A DNA stretch of 64,000 nucleotides, taken from NCBI GenBank assembly GCA_963668695.2, contig CAXXLQ010000004.1, forward strand, positions 1,152,001 to 1,216,000, written 5' to 3'. This DNA is from Vicinamibacteria bacterium. Its GTDB lineage: Bacteria > Acidobacteriota > Vicinamibacteria > Marinacidobacterales > Marinacidobacteraceae. Numbering within the stretch: the stretch's first letter is position 1; the number at the start of each line of letters is the position of its first letter. The translations under genes and the position numbers were made by a program. A model generated the notes under the pieces. That model had not been told where the DNA came from. It did no database searches and was given only the letters and a program-made list of their open reading frames with translations. Below, piece by piece: positions 59,387 through 64,000 of this stretch.

Positions 59387-60391
59387 CTAATCCTGCGGCA
59401 ACAGGACCAGGCCCCGAAGCCGGTCCAGGCGCACGATCTCGTCCGCGAGCGGCTGGACGAGAAAGCGCCACCAGGTGTCCTGTCCGGTGCTCTGGGATAA
59501 GAAGCCGCGCACCGCTTCCGCAGCGCCCTCGCCGTCCCCGAGCGTCTGGCGCGCGGCGGCGAGGCCGGCGGCCGCCGACATCGAACCCAGGTGAACGGCC
59601 TGCGCTTCGGCGAAGGCCGCTTCCGCCGCCGCCGCGCGCTCGAGCCAGAGCAGGGTTTCGCCGCGCAGCAACAAGGAGACAAAGCGATGCACCGCGCTCA
59701 GGTTGTCGCCCGCCATCCCCAGCCGCTTGAGCGCGTCCTCGGGGTCGCCCGCCCGCAACGTGAGGTGGGCGATCCGGAGGTGGAGTGCCGCCGGGTCTCC
59801 CTCGCCCTCCAGCAGCAGATCCTCATAGCCGGCCTGCGCCTGATCCATGAACCGCTCGTCGTGGAGACCCCAGCCGATGAACTCCGCGAGGTGCGCCCGG
59901 GCGAAGCGGACCTCGGTGAAATCCGGATACCGGTCGGCCAGGAACTTGCCCATCCGCGCCGCGCCGTCAAGCCGCCCGCGATCCACGTACACCCCGAGAA
60001 GCCCCAGGTGAGCGTCCCGAATCCAGGCGTCGCGCCGCGTGCCGCTGACCCGGTTCAGCAGGTCGCGCGCGATGCTTTCGTTCTTTTCGGGCTCCATCTC
60101 CGCTGCCCACGCCAGGTCGAAATGGAGCATCGCGGCAGCGAGCACATCAAGGTCCCGTGCCACGTCCGTCCGCTGGCGGAAGTACTCCTCGGCCTGGTCG
60201 CGGAGGCGGCCGACGGAGAACGCCATGCTCGCCTGGAGGGCGGTCCGGAAGTCGCCGCTCCGGTATACCGCGAGCCGGGATGCGTAGGCATCGAGGTTCC
60301 GCTGCTGGGAGTGCGCCCCGCCGGGCAGCAGGCACAGGGTGGCCGCCGCGAACGCCGCTGCGGGCAGCCCCCGCGCGCGAATTCTTCGCAT
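59387..60391 (-). CDS. Secreted helical/TPR-like hypothetical protein
   Basis: Signal peptide and Ala/Leu-rich helices; in an operon with the VWA gene. Confidence 0.7.
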   Translation of the reverse strand: MRRIRARGLPAAAFAAATLCLLPGGAHSQQRNLDAYASRLAVYRSGDFRTALQASMAFSVGRLRDQAEEYFRQRTDVARDLDVLAAAMLHFDLAWAAEMEPEKNESIARDLLNRVSGTRRDAWIRDAHLGLLGVYVDRGRLDGAARMGKFLADRYPDFTEVRFARAHLAEFIGWGLHDERFMDQAQAGYEDLLLEGEGDPAALHLRIAHLTLRAGDPEDALKRLGMAGDNLSAVHRFVSLLLRGETLLWLERAAAAEAAFAEAQAVHLGSMSAAAGLAAARQTLGDGEGAAEAVRGFLSQSTGQDTWWRFLVQPLADEIVRLDRLRGLVLLPQD

Positions 60392-60539
60392 CCGGTCTCC
60401 GCGGGCTCGCATGCCGGCAGCCCGTAGGCAAAGTGACACGGCGTTCCCGAGCCAGAAGGGATGGGGGTCGGGTAGCCCCGCCCCCCGTCCCTTCCGCTCC
60501 GGGGTCTCCGCGGTGCTGGCGCCCCGCTCCGGAAACGAG

Positions 60540-60713
60540 CGGTGATTCATCCTGGCTGAACCGCTTCGCTCATCGTTGCGCGTCGGTCGAAATACACCAG
60601 GGCCAGTTCTCCCGGTGGGGGCTCCTCCCTCGCGCGCCTTGTCAGCCGGGCGCCTCGCCCCCACCGGGAGAACTGGCGCTCTCGGCGCTCGCGCCACTTT
60701 ACCCACGGACTGC
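60540..60713. mobile_element. MITE-like element, copy 5 (reverse orientation)
   Basis: Reverse complement of the shared core, with two 18-nt motifs. Confidence 0.65.
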
Positions 60714-60833
60714 ACAAAAGCCATTGTCCCACCGGCGCCCCGCCCACCTGACGCCGGCTGGTACCATGATGTGTTTCCCGGTCTCCGCCGGATGCATTCG
60801 CATCTTCTCCGGCGCCGGAAACGAGGAAGCTCC

Positions 60834-62126
60834 ATGTCGTTGAAAAACCGTTCCCTTCTGCTTGGCGGCGGGGCGCTGGTCGTCCTGATGGCCGCTTTCT
60901 TGTCCGGTTGCGGCGGCGGTGAGGAAGAACCCGCCGCAATGACTGAGGAAGATCAGATCCTCGCGGACGCCCGGCGCATCCACGACGCGGTGATGACCCT
61001 CGACACCCATATCGACATCCCCTTCAACTACGCGACCGAGGAGGTGGACCCCGGGAACCTCAACGAGGACTTCCAGGTGGACTATCCCCGGATGCAGGAA
61101 GGCGGCCTGAATGTCGGCTTCTTCATCGTGTACTTCGGCCAGACCGAGCGGACGCCCGAGAACTACGAAGCCGCCAAAGAGGGGGCGCTGACGAAGTTCG
61201 ATTCCATCCACCGCGCCACCTCGATGCATGCGGACGTCATCGAACTCGCCCACACCGCGGACGATGCGGAGCGCATCCACGCCGAGGGGAAACTGGTCGC
61301 GATGATCGGGATCGAGAACGGCTATGTGATCGGCAAGGACCTCTCGCTTCTCGAGACGTACCACGGACTCGGCGCCCGCTACATCACCCTCGCCCACAAC
61401 GGGCATAACGACATCGCCGACTCCTGCAACCCGCGGGAGGAACTCGGCGATGCCGAAGCGGAGCACGGCGGGATCAGCGAGTTCGGCAAAGAGGTGATCG
61501 CCGAGATGAACCGGCTCGGCATCCTGGTGGACGTCTCCCACATCTCGAAGGACGCCATGCTGCAGGCGGCGGAACTCTCGGCCGCCCCGGTCATCGCGTC
61601 GCACTCGGGCACCAAGGCGCTCGCCGACGTCTCCCGGAACATGGACGACGAGCAGCTCCGCGCGCTCGCCGCGAACGGCGGCGTGATGCAGACGGTGGCG
61701 CTCCGGGGCTTCGTCAGGACTGATCCCCCCGGCAAGACCCAGGCAACGAGCGATCTCATGGCGGAGTACGGGATCTCCTCCCGCGGCGAAATTGGCTCGC
61801 TGAGCGAGGAGGACCAGGCCGCGCTCCGGAACCGGATGATGGACATCAGCGCCGAGTTTCCCGTGGCCGTGGGCGATTTCGTGGATCACATCGACCACGG
61901 GGTCGAGGTGATGGGTCTCGACCACGTCGCGATCTCGTCGGACTTCGACGGCGGCGGCGGCGTGGACGGCTGGGACAGCGCCGCGGAGACGCTCAACGTG
62001 ACGATCGAGCTGGTGCGCCGTGGCTACACCGAAGACCAGATCGCCCAGCTCTGGAGCGGGAACACGCTGCGGATCCTCCGGGAGGCCGAGCGGGTGGCCG
62101 CGGAGATGCAGGCGCCCGGTTCGTGA
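60834..62126 (+). CDS. Membrane dipeptidase (M19) lipoprotein
   Basis: LSGC lipobox, DTHID, GIENG, DVSH, ASHS and SDFDG. Confidence 0.93.
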   Translation: MSLKNRSLLLGGGALVVLMAAFLSGCGGGEEEPAAMTEEDQILADARRIHDAVMTLDTHIDIPFNYATEEVDPGNLNEDFQVDYPRMQEGGLNVGFFIVYFGQTERTPENYEAAKEGALTKFDSIHRATSMHADVIELAHTADDAERIHAEGKLVAMIGIENGYVIGKDLSLLETYHGLGARYITLAHNGHNDIADSCNPREELGDAEAEHGGISEFGKEVIAEMNRLGILVDVSHISKDAMLQAAELSAAPVIASHSGTKALADVSRNMDDEQLRALAANGGVMQTVALRGFVRTDPPGKTQATSDLMAEYGISSRGEIGSLSEEDQAALRNRMMDISAEFPVAVGDFVDHIDHGVEVMGLDHVAISSDFDGGGGVDGWDSAAETLNVTIELVRRGYTEDQIAQLWSGNTLRILREAERVAAEMQAPGS

Positions 62127-63322
62127 ACTTCCGTCGGAACGCCGCCAGTTCTCCCGGTGGGGGCCTCCGAACGGAATCGCCCGCTACCGGCGGGCGAAAC
62201 CGCGTACGGCTGTCCGCCCGCGGGGCGCCGCTTTCCACCGAGGCTCCCGCGGAGTTCAACCAGGAGCTCCGCGCCTACGAGCAGGTCGCGAAGTTCCAGC
62301 GCTACCGGCTCGCGGAGGGCGCCGAGGAGGAGTTTGACGAGGACTTTGTCCTGAATCCGTGCGATCTGTCGCTGCTCGGTTCGTCCCGGGCCGCTGACCG
62401 CGAGCGGTTCAACCGGGACCTCGGCGAATCACTGGAGGACACCGGCTTTGCGATCCTCGCCGGACACGGGGTGGACCCGGCGCTCTACGCGGAGGCCCAC
62501 CGCCGGACGCGGGAGTTCTTCGAAAGCCACGCGCTTGAGGAGAAGCTCCGCTACCGGGCGCGCCGGCAGGGTTCGGTGAACCAGGGTTACTTCCCGATGC
62601 GGGAAACCACCATGATCCACCCGGATCTCGTGGAGGGCTGGGTCTTCTGCCGCCGGGCCTTCGATCTGGGGGAGGACCCGGACTGGGACGAGGCGGCGTT
62701 TTGGCCCTCGCCGGGGTGGGAGCCCTTCTTCCGGCGGGTGGTCCAGGCCCACGAGCGGCTGATCCACCCGATCATGCGGTCCGTTCTCTCGTACCTCGGC
62801 GAGGATCCCGCGCTCTTCGACGAGCGGCTCACCGCTACCAACTTCGGCTTCCGGCTGAACTACTACCCGGCGATGACCGACGTTCCGGAGGGGACCACCG
62901 GCAGGATGCTCGGTCACGAAGACGTGGACCTCTTCACCATCCTCCCCGCCGCCGAGACCGAGGGCCTGCAGCTCCTCCACCGCAAGACCATGAAGTGGGT
63001 GCGGGTGGCCGCCCCGCCGGGCACCATCGTGCTGAACACCGGCGACTACATGCAGCGGATCACGAACAACCGGCTGCCGTCCACCACCCACCGGGTGAGC
63101 GCGCCCCGCGACCCCGCCGCGCGGTCGCAACCGCGAACCTCGTTCCCGATGGCGATCTACGTCTGGGAGGACGACCTCCTCGAAGTTCTCCCGAACCAGG
63201 GCGCCCCGCACTACCCCCCGGTCCGTGCCGAGGACTTCCACACCCGCATCACGAGCAAGTACTACGGCGACAGCTACCACACGACCGGCGAAGAGGGCGC
63301 CGTCTCCCGCCGGGTGCGCTAA
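62123..63322 (+). CDS. Isopenicillin N synthase-like 2OG-Fe(II) oxygenase
   Basis: RLNYYP, HEDVD (HxD), NTGD, THRV and R.S. Start uncertain. Confidence 0.88.
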   Translation: MNFRRNAASSPGGGLRTESPATGGRNRVRLSARGAPLSTEAPAEFNQELRAYEQVAKFQRYRLAEGAEEEFDEDFVLNPCDLSLLGSSRAADRERFNRDLGESLEDTGFAILAGHGVDPALYAEAHRRTREFFESHALEEKLRYRARRQGSVNQGYFPMRETTMIHPDLVEGWVFCRRAFDLGEDPDWDEAAFWPSPGWEPFFRRVVQAHERLIHPIMRSVLSYLGEDPALFDERLTATNFGFRLNYYPAMTDVPEGTTGRMLGHEDVDLFTILPAAETEGLQLLHRKTMKWVRVAAPPGTIVLNTGDYMQRITNNRLPSTTHRVSAPRDPAARSQPRTSFPMAIYVWEDDLLEVLPNQGAPHYPPVRAEDFHTRITSKYYGDSYHTTGEEGAVSRRVR

Positions 63323-63339
63323 CCCGCCCGGAGCACCAG

Positions 63340-64000
63340 ATGCGCGCGGCAAATTCCGGACGGTTGACGCCGGGGGTAGCCGGCCAGGTTTCAACCCGCC
63401 AACTTCCGAAGTGGGCCGCCATTCTGCCCCCGCTGGTGTTCGCCCTTGCAATTCCGGTCGCCGCGACCCCTCAGGAAGATCCCTCGGCGGCAGGCTCCCG
63501 GATTCACCGATCGATTCCTCCCCCGGGCGCCACGACGCACCTGGTGGTTCCCGGAGAAAGGTTCCGGGCCAGCCCGTCCGAACGTTGGTTCTACGGCGAC
63601 AACTATCGGGATCTCTGGACCACACCCATCGAGGTTGCGGTCCTCGACCTCGATAGCGTCGGGGGCGGTTTGACGCCGCTTCGGACCGGCGGGTTCGGGC
63701 AGTCCATCTCGCTTCACTTCACCGGGGAAGACGGCCGCCGCTACACGGTTCGCTCTCTCGACAAAGACCCCACCAAGAGGTTGGAGGACGAAATCAAGAA
63801 CACGATCGTGGGTGAAGTTCTTCAGGATCTGATCAGCACGCTGCTGCCAACCGCGTCGCTGGTGGTCGATCCGCTCATGGAGGCCACCGGCATCCTCCAT
63901 TCGAAGCACACGCTCGTGGTGATTCCGGACGATCCCAGGCTCGGGGAATACCGCGAGGATTTTGCCGGCCTGATCGGGACGCTGCAGGAACATCCCTCCG
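63340..64000 (+). CDS. Large secreted/outer-membrane protein (resembles the N-terminal part of BamA/TamA-fused family); runs off the window
   Basis: Open frame from ATG 63340: G.NYR.LWTTPIEV.VLDL...GGL.P...GG.GQS.SL...DG..Y..RS.DKDP...PDDPRLGEYR..FAG. Confidence 0.7.
   Translation, partial: MRAANSGRLTPGVAGQVSTRQLPKWAAILPPLVFALAIPVAATPQEDPSAAGSRIHRSIPPPGATTHLVVPGERFRASPSERWFYGDNYRDLWTTPIEVAVLDLDSVGGGLTPLRTGGFGQSISLHFTGEDGRRYTVRSLDKDPTKRLEDEIKNTIVGEVLQDLISTLLPTASLVVDPLMEATGILHSKHTLVVIPDDPRLGEYREDFAGLIGTLQEHPS

Overview
High-GC bacterial chromosomal window. The VWA protein, Oar-type TonB-dependent receptor and many exported amidohydrolases suggest Acidobacteriota (inference). It holds about 55 mostly metabolic genes: a P450/HemN-like radical SAM/flavin halogenase-like/CoA-ligase cluster, NfeD-SPFH, an ABC exporter, GGT plus amidohydrolases, glmS, a TonB receptor, Tat-exported FAD oxidoreductases, BCCT, a WYL regulator, pcm and an Sdh1-type sdh operon. 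A toxin-antitoxin/restriction-modification patchwork spans 25.7-34.5 kb. I found no rRNA, tRNA, CRISPR-cas, integrase or transposase. The most unusual signals are non-coding. (1) An 18-nt motif, CCCCACCGGGAGAACTGG, occurs in 18 near-exact copies and appears to be inserted independently, in both orientations, into two unrelated host repeat families (a MITE and a REP-like hairpin), with visible empty versus filled sites. (2) In four places a gene is followed by cargo genes and then a diverged copy of its own 3' region (mostly synonymous changes in three of the four), which suggests integrase-free additive capture of cassettes. (3) A 1.1-kb array of 32-nt units switches from one unit type to a related one. 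All calls were made by eye from motifs; no database searches were run.
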